Below the pieces are notes generated by a model, which was given only the letters and a program-made list of their open reading frames with translations, ran no database searches and was not told the DNA's origin. Both the position numbers and the translations under genes were made by a program. This document shows positions 22,148 to 32,898 of a stretch of 64,000 nucleotides of DNA, piece after piece (within the stretch, counting starts at the first letter, position 1; each line of letters starts with the position of its first letter). This stretch comes from Selaginella moellendorffii (lineage: Eukaryota; Plantae; Lycopodiophyta), in contig NW_003314277.1 in the NCBI RefSeq assembly GCF_000143415.4, positions 2,012,764-2,076,763 of the forward strand, read 5' to 3'.

Positions 22148-22529
22148 AGCAAAATCTGTATAGTTGATGAAGGCTACAATGTTCAGAGGCTTTAAATCAG
22201 TGGCAACTTGGAGGGTCGAAATATTTGCACGTTTTGAGACTTGCAAACAGTCTACGAACTAAAGCCACAGAAAACTAATATATGTACTTTATCATCTGTA
22301 TCTTAGACTTTTAATCCATGTTACGGTGTCTATACGCTGTTAGATCTATACGTAATCGTTTTAAAATTAAATCTCTCTATGTAGATATGTACGTGATCTC
22401 TGAGATTGTTGCCTTGGTGAAAGCCTGGCTCGTTCATAGCATAATCGCAAGGTTTGTTTTTTTGTTGCCAATGCATGTTTAAAATTTAGATAGTAGAATT
22501 GATCTTTTTTCTTATATAGGTTTGAGGTT

Positions 22530-22671
22530 TGGTGTGCATGGTTGTCTAGAACTTCCGCTTGGAATACAGAAGTCCTCGACTGGATCTAGATTGGACAGTG
22601 TCACAACATTGAGAGGGAATATCTGTGCAAGTGAGAGGAAGAGAGCTGCCAAACCTGATCTTGAGAGCCAT
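22530..22671 (-). pseudogene. Germin-like 5' fragment
   Basis: ATG at 22671, followed by LSLAQIFPLNVVT..DPVEDFCIPSG and then truncation. Confidence 0.75.
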
Positions 22672-22792
22672 GGCAAGATCTGTGAGTTGATGAGGGCTAT
22701 ACAATGTTTATTCTAGTTTTGCACGTTTATGATATAATGGTAAAATGCTGTTCAAAGACTGTCAGACGTGATCGTTCTACAAATAAAATGTC

Positions 22793-22838
22793 TGCATTGC
22801 CTGGATATGAACCCGGGCCGGGACTATAGGACAATGGA
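22793..22838 (-). pseudogene. tRNA-Glu remnant with the anticodon arm deleted
   Basis: CATTGCCTGGATATGAACCCGGG..GGACTATAGGACAATGGATTACAT matches the reverse complement of the 19026-19099 tRNA and its 5' flank. Confidence 0.7.
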
Positions 22839-23308
22839 TTACATACAGTGATTTAGTTCATAGAATAATGTGGGAGATTGATTTTTGTTGCTTGGAAGGC
22901 CACAATGTTGAACTTCTGAATTTCGAGGAAGGAGGGAGGACTGGGCTTTGACGTTGACACAAAATTCTAGAGATCTTTGACTACTGAATAAAACTTCAAA
23001 ATTAATTCCATGGAAGGCTCCCTGGGCCTGTGGCATCTCTCTAACACGCTGGTAAGCTTCGCCAAATCCCCCAATGCCTTCAAGCGCCGGACGTGGTTCC
23101 CCCTCCCAATCCCCGGCTGCGATGCCTGGAGCTCTAGATCCTCCTCCTTGCCGTGCTCATCTTCCTCGCCACGCAAATCTCCCACATCACCGACGAGTTA
23201 AGATCGGGATTTCCTTCTTACATCGCCCAAAGTATTATGATTAACTGTTATTCATAGGCTTATGCCACAAATGAGCGTTTTTAACAAACAAATATGAGCT
23301 CTGTAATC

Positions 23309-23968
23309 TCAAGCAATTACATTCTTGTAGATTTCGTGCAGTGCATCAATAGTGGTCCTGTTGAGACTGAATGACGCTTCCAGGACTTCATATGGCAACT
23401 TTGGTCCAAACAATGCAAACGATGGTATCTGGAAAGAAGGATTCTGGCTGTTGAGCACAGCCAAAACAATTGCCTGCTCTCGTCCAACATTCACCACGTA
23501 GTGAAGCACGCCTCGCGGGATCACGAACAGATCACTGGCACGCATCTTGTGGGCAAAAAGCTTGTTGTTCGTGTCCACGAAGCCAGCCTCCACAACACCC
23601 TTCTCGACGTAAACAAGCTCGCTCGCCCGGGGATGAGTATGAGTCCTGGCAACACCCTTGGGCCCGAGATAGATCCGCGCCATGGACAGTCCCATGGTGT
23701 TGAGAGCCGGGAAAGTGGTGACGATGGCTTGCGAGAAGTTGAAGAGAGGGTTGAGGGTGTTTGTAGTATCGGTGTTGGTGCGGAGGAGGCTCGAGTAGAA
23801 GTCTTTGGAGGTGACTTGGGAGTATGGCTTGCAGGGAGAGCCTTCGATCAAGGTGTTGCTGGGGATGCAAAAGTCCTGGAGTGGATCGGGGTCGGCAGCT
23901 TCCACAAGAGAGAAGATGCGAGCTGAGGAGAGAAATGTGAGAGCTACAAGGAATGTATTCAAAGCCAT
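23309..23968 (-). CDS. Germin-like protein (cupin), intact
   Basis: Signal peptide MALNTFLVA, then ADPDPLQDFC..CK, THTHPRASE and PRGVLHY..N; intronless. Confidence 0.93.
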   Translation of the reverse strand: MALNTFLVALTFLSSARIFSLVEAADPDPLQDFCIPSNTLIEGSPCKPYSQVTSKDFYSSLLRTNTDTTNTLNPLFNFSQAIVTTFPALNTMGLSMARIYLGPKGVARTHTHPRASELVYVEKGVVEAGFVDTNNKLFAHKMRASDLFVIPRGVLHYVVNVGREQAIVLAVLNSQNPSFQIPSFALFGPKLPYEVLEASFSLNRTTIDALHEIYKNVIA

Positions 23969-24752
23969 TGGAGATCTGAAACTCTCGATCACTCTCTTGT
24001 GTTATAAGTTATCTGAAAGGTTTGGGTTTTTATGCTTTGCCGTGAGGAGAAATTTCTTCAGTCTCCTGGTTTCTGAAAAAGCGGGACACGTTCTCAGGTG
24101 CACATGGATGACTTTGAATGTTTGCTCTAGGGAATTAAAATTATTTATATCACGATGAATGCGTATAATGCATAGATAACCATTGGAAATAACCGCAAGG
24201 CGAGCATCCGGCAATCTTTCCAAACCTAAAAACTGGAAGATTCATGGCACGTTCGATAATGGTTAAACAACCCTAAACGCAGCTGGAATAAACCTCATGC
24301 CGGAATCTTTTCGAATCTGTTGATTCCAGAGAGGCGATCTTTTTTTTCGCCAAGAATCTCTTCAATCGCGGACTTACTGTGAGGTCTTCGATCGAATGCC
24401 GCAGCGCGACGCCTCTCTTCTCTAACTGAGAATCTAAGAACTTCTGTAGCAGTATTTTTCGAAAATCGAAAATTCGACCTGTTTGGACTGTAGATCATTC
24501 TATCGCGTCAATGGCGAAGACCGATGTGGCAATCTCGTTCCAAAGAAACTCGCCACGAACAATGAATGAAACGACAAGATTCCTTGGATTCCAATTTTTT
24601 CAAAACAGTGACTGGAAGATCCCCAGCTCACTGGCACTAAAAAGGGAACAAAAAAATAAAAATAAAAAAACGCGACGACGACGATTGTCCAAATATCCCG
24701 TTTTTCCTTCTCTTTTTTCTTTTTTTCCCGTGTGCTGCTGCTGAATGAGAGA

Positions 24753-25780
24753 CTACTGAGTGGTGTTGTTACCGCTACCGCTCAGAGGAGCGTTGGTGTT
24801 GTTCCCGGGACCGCCCAGACCGATAGTCTCCTTGGTCTTCTCGTAAGCTTGCTTCGCAGTATCGGTAGCCTGCCAAACAATCCACCAACTTTAGAGATCG
24901 AAAATGAAAGACTAGAGCGAGAATTGAGAAACCAAACGAGCGAACCTAACAACTCTAGCAAATATCTATTCAAACCAAGCGAACACGACCAAAGAAACGC
25001 AACATCTTGGAAGAGAATCTTTTTGCTTACCTTCTGGACGAGTCCGGCAGCTTGATCCTTGGCAGCGTATGCCGCATCCGTAGCCGACTGCATGTATCCC
25101 GACGCCGTATCCTGCGTCGTATCCTTGGCCGCGTACGCCTTCTCCGTCACCACGTCCGCGGCCGACTTGGTCTTGTCACCCGCCTGGTTCGCGGTGGCCG
25201 CGGTCTGGTCCTTGGCGGCATAGGCCTTGTCCGCCACCGTGTCCTTGGCGGCATATGCCTTGTCCGCCACCGTGTCCTTGGTGGCATATGCCTTGTCCGC
25301 GGCGGTATCCTTGGTGGCACGAGCCTTGTCCGCTGCCGTCTGGCCGGTTCCCTTGGATTGATCCATGGCGGCGTGAGTTTTCTCGCTGGCGGCCTGCCCC
25401 AAGCCGTGAGTGGTATCGCTTGCCTTCTGGCCAGCGCCCTGGGAGAGATTCCAAAAGAAGAAATGATAAGATCAATCGAGAGAACTGTAGAATTTTTCAA
25501 AGCACACACAAGACCAAGGTGGCAAAGTGCTGGAGATGGAAAACATGGATCAAACAGGAGTAGAGTAGAACCGAAAGAAAGAAGTAAAAACGAAATCCCA
25601 AGAAAGATCAGGGACGGACAAGAAACATCGCGAAGAACATGATCTACAAGCTAGAGATCTTGCAAAGATGGCAGATTTCTGGGATCCAGGAAAGAAATCC
25701 ACACAAACCTTGGTGTGCTGAGCGGCCTTATCGGCGCTCTCGTGGCCGGCCTCCTTCACCTTGTTTGCCTGATCCGCCAT
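24753..25780 (-). CDS. Group 3 LEA protein (LEA_4); exons 25780-25709, 25438-25031, 24869-24753
   Basis: 11-mer repeats TA/VADKAYAAKD. Canonical GT-AG introns keep the frame from MADQANKVK to NNTTQ*. Confidence 0.9.
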
Positions 25781-25914
25781 AGCTATAGCTTTGCTTGCGT
25801 GAGCGAGGGCGAAGATTAAACTCCTTTTTCCTTTCCTAGAGAGAGAACGATAGAACTTTTGGGCAAACGATGTGCTTGCGAAACGTTCGTCGGCCTCTTT
25901 TCAAGAACTGCCGC

Positions 25915-26040
25915 GAGGTGTCACGTGTTGGCAAGGCAGCGACTAGCGCCATGCACGGCTACACGTGTCCACGTAGCCGGACGCGTGGAGGCTTGTGGCA
26001 GCTGCTACGTGTCGGGATTGCGAGGTTGACACGTGGATTG
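25915..26040 (-). promoter_or_regulatory. ABRE/G-box and CE3-like cluster upstream of the LEA gene
   Basis: CACGTG x3, TACGTGTC, CACGTA and ACGCGTGG lie within ~120 bp, 140-260 bp upstream of the ATG. Confidence 0.75.
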
Positions 26041-26397
26041 AACTGTTGGCGCTTTGATTGAAATTGACTTTTGCTGACCAATGGAAAGCAAGAGGAAATT
26101 TCTTTTTATATTATTGCTCTTGTTTTATACAGTGGAAATGTTTTCATCATCGAAAGGAAGCTTACAAAGAAATTTTTCTAGCGAAAGAAGTTCGATAGAA
26201 GGAAAGAATTTAGAATGCGATGATGAGAAGAAACGACCAAGTAAAAGAAGTACTGTAGATCGATCCAGGCTTGACAAAGAAAGAACGAAGAAGATCATCT
26301 CGAACTTTGTATAGCGATCGATCAGCGATAAGGAAATTCGCGGAGCAAAAGGATTGCTAGCAAAAACCAAAGAAACGAAGAACAGGGAAGAGAAGCA

Positions 26398-26512
26398 AAA
26401 GAATGCGATGATCGATAAACAACGAAGAACAGTAGGACAAAGAGAAGAATGCGATGATCGATAGGCAACGAAGAACAGTAGGACAAAGAAAAGAATACAA
26501 TGATCGATAGGA
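26398..26512. repeat. 45-bp tandem repeat (~2.5 copies) downstream of the DUF538 gene
   Basis: AAGAATGCGATGATCGATA..CAACGAAGAACAGTAGGACAAAG is repeated. Confidence 0.8.
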
Positions 26513-26533
26513 AGGAAGAAGAATGAAGAGATT

Positions 26534-27022
26534 TTAGTGAGTGGAGCGATCTAGAGTCGTGGAGGAGGAGGATGCTTTACTGCCACAGTCGGGGCTCTCA
26601 TCAAAATTGGAAGCCGGGTAAGAGGCCGAGAGAATTCCCACCTGGAACACAACCTTCTCGTTCTCCATGTAGATCCCAGTCAGCTCCCACCACACCAATA
26701 ACACCTTGACATAAACTCCCGAGAGATCTTTAATCGATCCATAGGACAGCAATCCCTCGATCTTGGCCCTGTACTCCACCGGATACGCGCCCGGGATGGT
26801 CACGTCGCATTTGGCGTCGAGCTTGAGCACGAATCGGCCGCTGTTGTCGAGCGTGTAGCCCTCGACGTTGCTGGGCAGCAAGCCCCCTGGAAATCCATTG
26901 CGCTCCAGCAGATCCTGCGCAGTCATCGTGTCATTGCCGCCAGTGCCGATCGAGAGATCCATGGCTTGGCCGTGGATTAGGGCGAGCAGCACCAGCGCCA
27001 GCGAGAAGAAATCGATCGCCAT
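26534..27022 (-). CDS. Secreted DUF538 family protein
   Basis: Signal peptide, then TAQDLLERNGFPGGLLP..V..Y.LD.SG.F, G.LSYG.I.DL.GV.VK and FQVGILSASYP..NF.ESPDC. Confidence 0.9.
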   Translation of the reverse strand: MAIDFFSLALVLLALIHGQAMDLSIGTGGNDTMTAQDLLERNGFPGGLLPSNVEGYTLDNSGRFVLKLDAKCDVTIPGAYPVEYRAKIEGLLSYGSIKDLSGVYVKVLLVWWELTGIYMENEKVVFQVGILSASYPASNFDESPDCGSKASSSSTTLDRSTH

Positions 27023-27369
27023 CGTCGTCTTCTTCCTCTTTAACGAAGAACCCTAAAATTACTTTTACCCCTAAGCTGGAATTCGAACCTGTGACCTGTC
27101 CTCGTTGGGATGAATGGATAAATGGCGGGCATTCTCTTGCCTCACTGTGGAGCGCTTCTAGGGCGAAATATTTCGTGGCGATTGGAGGAAGCGCGACGGC
27201 GCCAGAGAGGAGATGGAAGCCGCTGTTGGCGCCGTCGGCGATTTGGATGCTGTTGCGTGTTCCATGTGAGTTTGCTTTGATGGATTGCTGGATCCAATGC
27301 GCTCTCCTTTCGTGTCTGATTCCTCTTTCGTTGCTACCGTGTGTCGATTCCTGTCTTGAATGCCAGATC

Positions 27370-27469
27370 NNNNNNNNNNNNNNNNNNNNNNNNNNNNNNN
27401 NNNNNNNNNNNNNNNNNNNNNNNNNNNNNNNNNNNNNNNNNNNNNNNNNNNNNNNNNNNNNNNNNNNNN
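27370..27469. other. Assembly gap (100 N placeholder)
   Basis: Run of exactly 100 N. Confidence 1.
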
Positions 27470-27993
27470 TGGCTGTTGAGCACAGCCAAAACAATTGCCT
27501 GCTCTCGTCCAACATTCACCACGTAGTGAAGCACGCCTCGCGGGATCACGAACAGATCACTGGCACGCATCTTGTGGGCAAAAAGCTTGTTGTTCGTGTC
27601 CACGAAGCCAGCCTCCACAACACCCTTCTCGACGTAAACAAGCTCGCTCGCCCGGGGATGAGTATGAGTCCTGGCAACACCCTTGGGCCCGAGATAGATC
27701 CGCGCCATGGACAGTCCCATGGTGTTGAGAGCCGGGAAAGTGGTGACGATGGCTTGCGAGAAGTTGAAGAGAGGGTTGAGGGTGTTTGTAGTATCGGTGT
27801 TGGTGCGGAGGAGGCTCGAGTAGAAGTCTTTGGAGGTGACTTGGGAGTATGGCTTGCAGGGAGAGCCTTCGATCAAGGTGTTGCTGGGGATGCAAAAGTC
27901 CTGGAGTGGATCGGGGTCGGCAGCTTCCACAAGAGAGAAGATGCGAGCTGAGGAGAGAAATGTGAGAGCTACAAGGAATGTATTCAAAGCCAT
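27470..27993 (-). CDS. Germin-like protein, duplicate copy cut by the gap
   Basis: Identical to 23445-23968. Confidence 0.6.
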
Positions 27994-28777
27994 TGGAGAT
28001 CTGAAACTCTCGATCACTCTCTTGTGTTATAAGTTATCTGAAAGGTTTGGGTTTTTATGCTTTGCCGTGAGGAGAAATTTCTTCAGTCTCCTGGTTTCTG
28101 AAAAAGCGGGACACGTTCTCAGGTGCACATGGATGACTTTGAATGTTTGCTCTAGGGAATTAAAATTATTTATATCACGATGAATGCGTATAATGCATAG
28201 ATAACCATTGGAAATAACCGCAAGGCGAGCATCCGGCAATCTTTCCAAACCTAAAAACTGGAAGATTCATGGCACGTTCGATAATGGTTAAACAACCCTA
28301 AACGCAGCTGGAATAAACCTCATGCCGGAATCTTTTCGAATCTGTTGATTCCAGAGAGGCGATCTTTTTTTTCGCCAAGAATCTCTTCAATCGCGGACTT
28401 ACTGTGAGGTCTTCGATCGAATGCCGCAGCGCGACGCCTCTCTTCTCTAACTGAGAATCTAAGAACTTCTGTAGCAGTATTTTTCGAAAATCGAAAATTC
28501 GACCTGTTTGGACTGTAGATCATTCTATCGCGTCAATGGCGAAGACCGATGTGGCAATCTCGTTCCAAAGAAACTCGCCACGAACAATGAATGAAACGAC
28601 AAGATTCCTTGGATTCCAATTTTTTCAAAACAGTGACTGGAAGATCCCCAGCTCACTGGCACTAAAAAGGGAACAAAAAAATAAAAATAAAAAAACGCGA
28701 CGACGACGATTGTCCAAATATCCCGTTTTTCCTTCTCTTTTTTCTTTTTTTCCCGTGTGCTGCTGCTGAATGAGAGA

Positions 28778-29805
28778 CTACTGAGTGGTGTTGTTACCGC
28801 TACCGCTCAGAGGAGCGTTGGTGTTGTTCCCGGGACCGCCCAGACCGATAGTCTCCTTGGTCTTCTCGTAAGCTTGCTTCGCAGTATCGGTAGCCTGCCA
28901 AACAATCCACCAACTTTAGAGATCGAAAATGAAAGACTAGAGCGAGAATTGAGAAACCAAACGAGCGAACCTAACAACTCTAGCAAATATCTATTCAAAC
29001 CAAGCGAACACGACCAAAGAAACGCAACATCTTGGAAGAGAATCTTTTTGCTTACCTTCTGGACGAGTCCGGCAGCTTGATCCTTGGCAGCGTATGCCGC
29101 ATCCGTAGCCGACTGCATGTATCCCGACGCCGTATCCTGCGTCGTATCCTTGGCCGCGTACGCCTTCTCCGTCACCACGTCCGCGGCCGACTTGGTCTTG
29201 TCACCCGCCTGGTTCGCGGTGGCCGCGGTCTGGTCCTTGGCGGCATAGGCCTTGTCCGCCACCGTGTCCTTGGCGGCATATGCCTTGTCCGCCACCGTGT
29301 CCTTGGTGGCATATGCCTTGTCCGCGGCGGTATCCTTGGTGGCACGAGCCTTGTCCGCTGCCGTCTGGCCGGTTCCCTTGGATTGATCCATGGCGGCGTG
29401 AGTTTTCTCGCTGGCGGCCTGCCCCAAGCCGTGAGTGGTATCGCTTGCCTTCTGGCCAGCGCCCTGGGAGAGATTCCAAAAGAAGAAATGATAAGATCAA
29501 TCGAGAGAACTGTAGAATTTTTCAAAGCACACACAAGACCAAGGTGGCAAAGTGCTGGAGATGGAAAACATGGATCAAACAGGAGTAGAGTAGAACCGAA
29601 AGAAAGAAGTAAAAACGAAATCCCAAGAAAGATCAGGGACGGACAAGAAACATCGCGAAGAACATGATCTACAAGCTAGAGATCTTGCAAAGATGGCAGA
29701 TTTCTGGGATCCAGGAAAGAAATCCACACAAACCTTGGTGTGCTGAGCGGCCTTATCGGCGCTCTCGTGGCCGGCCTCCTTCACCTTGTTTGCCTGATCC
29801 GCCAT
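28778..29805 (-). CDS. Group 3 LEA protein, duplicate copy
   Basis: Identical to 24753-25780 (+4025). Confidence 0.7.
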
Positions 29806-30558
29806 AGCTATAGCTTTGCTTGCGTGAGCGAGGGCGAAGATTAAACTCCTTTTTCCTTTCCTAGAGAGAGAACGATAGAACTTTTGGGCAAACGATGTGC
29901 TTGCGAAACGTTCGTCGGCCTCTTTTCAAGAACTGCCGCGAGGTGTCACGTGTTGGCAAGGCAGCGACTAGCGCCATGCACGGCTACACGTGTCCACGTA
30001 GCCGGACGCGTGGAGGCTTGTGGCAGCTGCTACGTGTCGGGATTGCGAGGTTGACACGTGGATTGAACTGTTGGCGCTTTGATTGAAATTGACTTTTGCT
30101 GACCAATGGAAAGCAAGAGGAAATTTCTTTTTATATTATTGCTCTTGTTTTATACAGTGGAAATGTTTTCATCATCGAAAGGAAGCTTACAAAGAAATTT
30201 TTCTAGCGAAAGAAGTTCGATAGAAGGAAAGAATTTAGAATGCGATGATGAGAAGAAACGACCAAGTAAAAGAAGTACTGTAGATCGATCCAGGCTTGAC
30301 AAAGAAAGAACGAAGAAGATCATCTCGAACTTTGTATAGCGATCGATCAGCGATAAGGAAATTCGCGGAGCAAAAGGATTGCTAGCAAAAACCAAAGAAA
30401 CGAAGAACAGGGAAGAGAAGCAAAAGAATGCGATGATCGATAAACAACGAAGAACAGTAGGACAAAGAGAAGAATGCGATGATCGATAGGCAACGAAGAA
30501 CAGTAGGACAAAGAAAAGAATACAATGATCGATAGGAAGGAAGAAGAATGAAGAGATT

Positions 30559-31047
30559 TTAGTGAGTGGAGCGATCTAGAGTCGTGGAGGAGGAGGATGC
30601 TTTACTGCCACAGTCGGGGCTCTCATCAAAATTGGAAGCCGGGTAAGAGGCCGAGAGAATTCCCACCTGGAACACAACCTTCTCGTTCTCCATGTAGATC
30701 CCAGTCAGCTCCCACCACACCAATAACACCTTGACATAAACTCCCGAGAGATCTTTAATCGATCCATAGGACAGCAATCCCTCGATCTTGGCCCTGTACT
30801 CCACCGGATACGCGCCCGGGATGGTCACGTCGCATTTGGCGTCGAGCTTGAGCACGAATCGGCCGCTGTTGTCGAGCGTGTAGCCCTCGACGTTGCTGGG
30901 CAGCAAGCCCCCTGGAAATCCATTGCGCTCCAGCAGATCCTGCGCAGTCATCGTGTCATTGCCGCCAGTGCCGATCGAGAGATCCATGGCTTGGCCGTGG
31001 ATTAGGGCGAGCAGCACCAGCGCCAGCGAGAAGAAATCGATCGCCAT
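30559..31047 (-). CDS. DUF538 protein, duplicate copy
   Basis: Identical to 26534-27022 (+4025). Confidence 0.75.
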   Translation of the reverse strand: MAIDFFSLALVLLALIHGQAMDLSIGTGGNDTMTAQDLLERNGFPGGLLPSNVEGYTLDNSGRFVLKLDAKCDVTIPGAYPVEYRAKIEGLLSYGSIKDLSGVYVKVLLVWWELTGIYMENEKVVFQVGILSASYPASNFDESPDCGSKASSSSTTLDRSTH

Positions 31048-31600
31048 CGTCGTCTTCTTCCTCTTTAACGAAGAACCCTAAAATTACTTTTACCCCTAAG
31101 CTGGAATTCGAACCTGTGACCTGTCCTCGTTGGGATGAATGGATAAATGGCGGGCATTCTCTTGCCTCACTGTGGAGCGCTTCTAGGGCGAAATATTTCG
31201 TGGCGATTGGAGGAAGCGCGACGGCGCCAGAGAGGAGATGGAAGCCGCTGTTGGCGCCGTCGGCGATTTGGATGCTGTTGCGTGTTCCATGTGAGTTTGC
31301 TTTGATGGATTGCTGGATCCAATGCGCTCTCCTTTCGTGTCTGATTCCTCTTTCGTTGCTGCCGTGTGTCGATTCCTGTCTTGAATGCCAGATCGTGTCG
31401 TGAGATTTTGTCTGTCTCTGGCATTGTTTTTTATTTCCTTGCGTGAAAAGGGAGAAATAGCCACAAGATCATAGCTCCTTCGTTTTGGAAGAATATGTTT
31501 CTTTATTGGACTGGACTGGAAGAATGATTTTTTGTTGTTTGTTCTCTCTCTCTCTCTCGCTCTCTTTTTACTTTTGATTAAATCGTTTCCTCATTTGCAG

Positions 31601-32530
31601 CTTCCAAGCTTGGCCACCACGCTCAAGGAATCGTTCCAATCGCCAGAATGCCGACGCTTGGTGGGAACTTTTGTGCCAGTCGCGCTAGCCGTCGCGGTCT
31701 CGCACAAGCTCGGGATTGGATTCGAGGGCGATATCCTCGTCTCGATTTTCCGGTCGTCGATACAACTTGTGGGCCTCGGCTACGCTCTCAAGTTCATCTT
31801 CGAGGGCGAGAAGATCTACATGTGCTCGTTCGCCATCCTCTTCATGGTAATTTCCTGCCTTCTCCTTTTACAAACTTCATGGTTTTCTTGGATCAGATCC
31901 TGGTCTCTGGACATACTGCCGGTAAGCGATCCAAGGAGCTTCCCAAGAGCAGAATGGTGGCGACTTTGTCACTGGCAGTCGGCGCCGCCGGGACGCTGGC
32001 GCTGATGCTTCTCCTCAGAGTCTACGAATTCAAAGCCCGGTATATCGTCCCGACTGCCGGATATGTGATTGGAAACTCGATGAGCATCGTTGGAACAACA
32101 CTGGAGAGGCTTCGTCACGACATCTACGTCCACCAGGGACAAGTGAGTGGATGTTTTCTTTACCATCACCTTTGTTTCTTACCTTTGGATTCTCGTTCGT
32201 GTGATGGATCAGATAGAACTGGCTCTTGCGCTGGGTGCCACTCCCGCGCAGGCAGTCCACCCCTACATTCGCCGAGCAATCCTCCAAGGAATGGGACCGA
32301 TCGTGGACTCCCTCAAGACCGTCGGCCTGGTTTCCATGCCTGGCTCCATGACGGGAATGCTCATGGGAGGCTCGTCTCCGCTCGAGGCCGTCCAGATGCA
32401 AATCCAGGTCCTGTACATGCTACTCGGCGCCTCGGCTTTGAGCTGCCTGTTCGCGTGCTCCCTAGGATGGCGCGTACTCTTCTCCAAAAACTTCCAGCTC
32501 CAGTTTGATGATACTCGCGTTCTCTCTTGA
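31601..32530 (+). CDS. UPF0014 ABC-transporter membrane subunit (ALS3/STAR2/FetB-like); 5' exon(s) unresolved
   Basis: Exons ~31601-31846, 31896-32142 and 32213-32530 give RSSIQLVGLGYALKFIF, ARYIVPTAGYVIGNSM, IELALALGATP.QA and DSLKTVGLVSMPGSMTGMLMGG.SPLEA. Confidence 0.88.
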
Positions 32531-32898
32531 AGTTTAACAACACACCTAAGGCTTCGCTCGCTCGCTCGCATCGTTTTCACCACTGATAAAAGCTCTCTTT
32601 TGTTGAATCAAGGTGTTAGTACAAATAAAAAGTCGATCAGATTTTGCTTCTTATCTGATGGGGATGAATCGTGTATAGTCGCAGCCACTTTGGCACTTTA
32701 TCCTACGAGATTGGGACTGAATCGTGAAAACCCTGTGGACGATCCAAGCGAGATAAACAAACGTCTGTTAAACGATCACTTGTGTTCCGTTGAGCTGGTT
32801 AAAGATGGCGACGAGTTCCAAGCCTGGTGGAAGCAAGAAAAAGAAAACCAAACGAGTCAAGAGCTTTCCACTGCGAAAAGATGGAACTTACGCGTCAG

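Larger units (their letters stand above)
23445..31394. repeat. Near-identical 3925-bp direct duplication (23445-27369 and 27470-31394) flanking a 100-N gap
   Basis: Constant 4025-bp offset and identical ORF sets. The only mismatch noticed is A27336 vs G31361. Confidence 0.97.

Noticed and set aside
27075-27110. B-box-like GGTTCGAATTCC on the minus strand upstream of DUF538 (also at ~31100)
   Set aside because: No D-arm, anticodon arm or acceptor stem can be formed, so it is not called a tRNA.
23445-31394. Apparent recent tandem duplication of the germin-LEA-DUF538 block
   Set aside because: The copies are essentially identical, abut a 100-N placeholder gap and end at contig edges. An unmerged contig overlap or haplotype is most likely. 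Read depth or long reads would decide.
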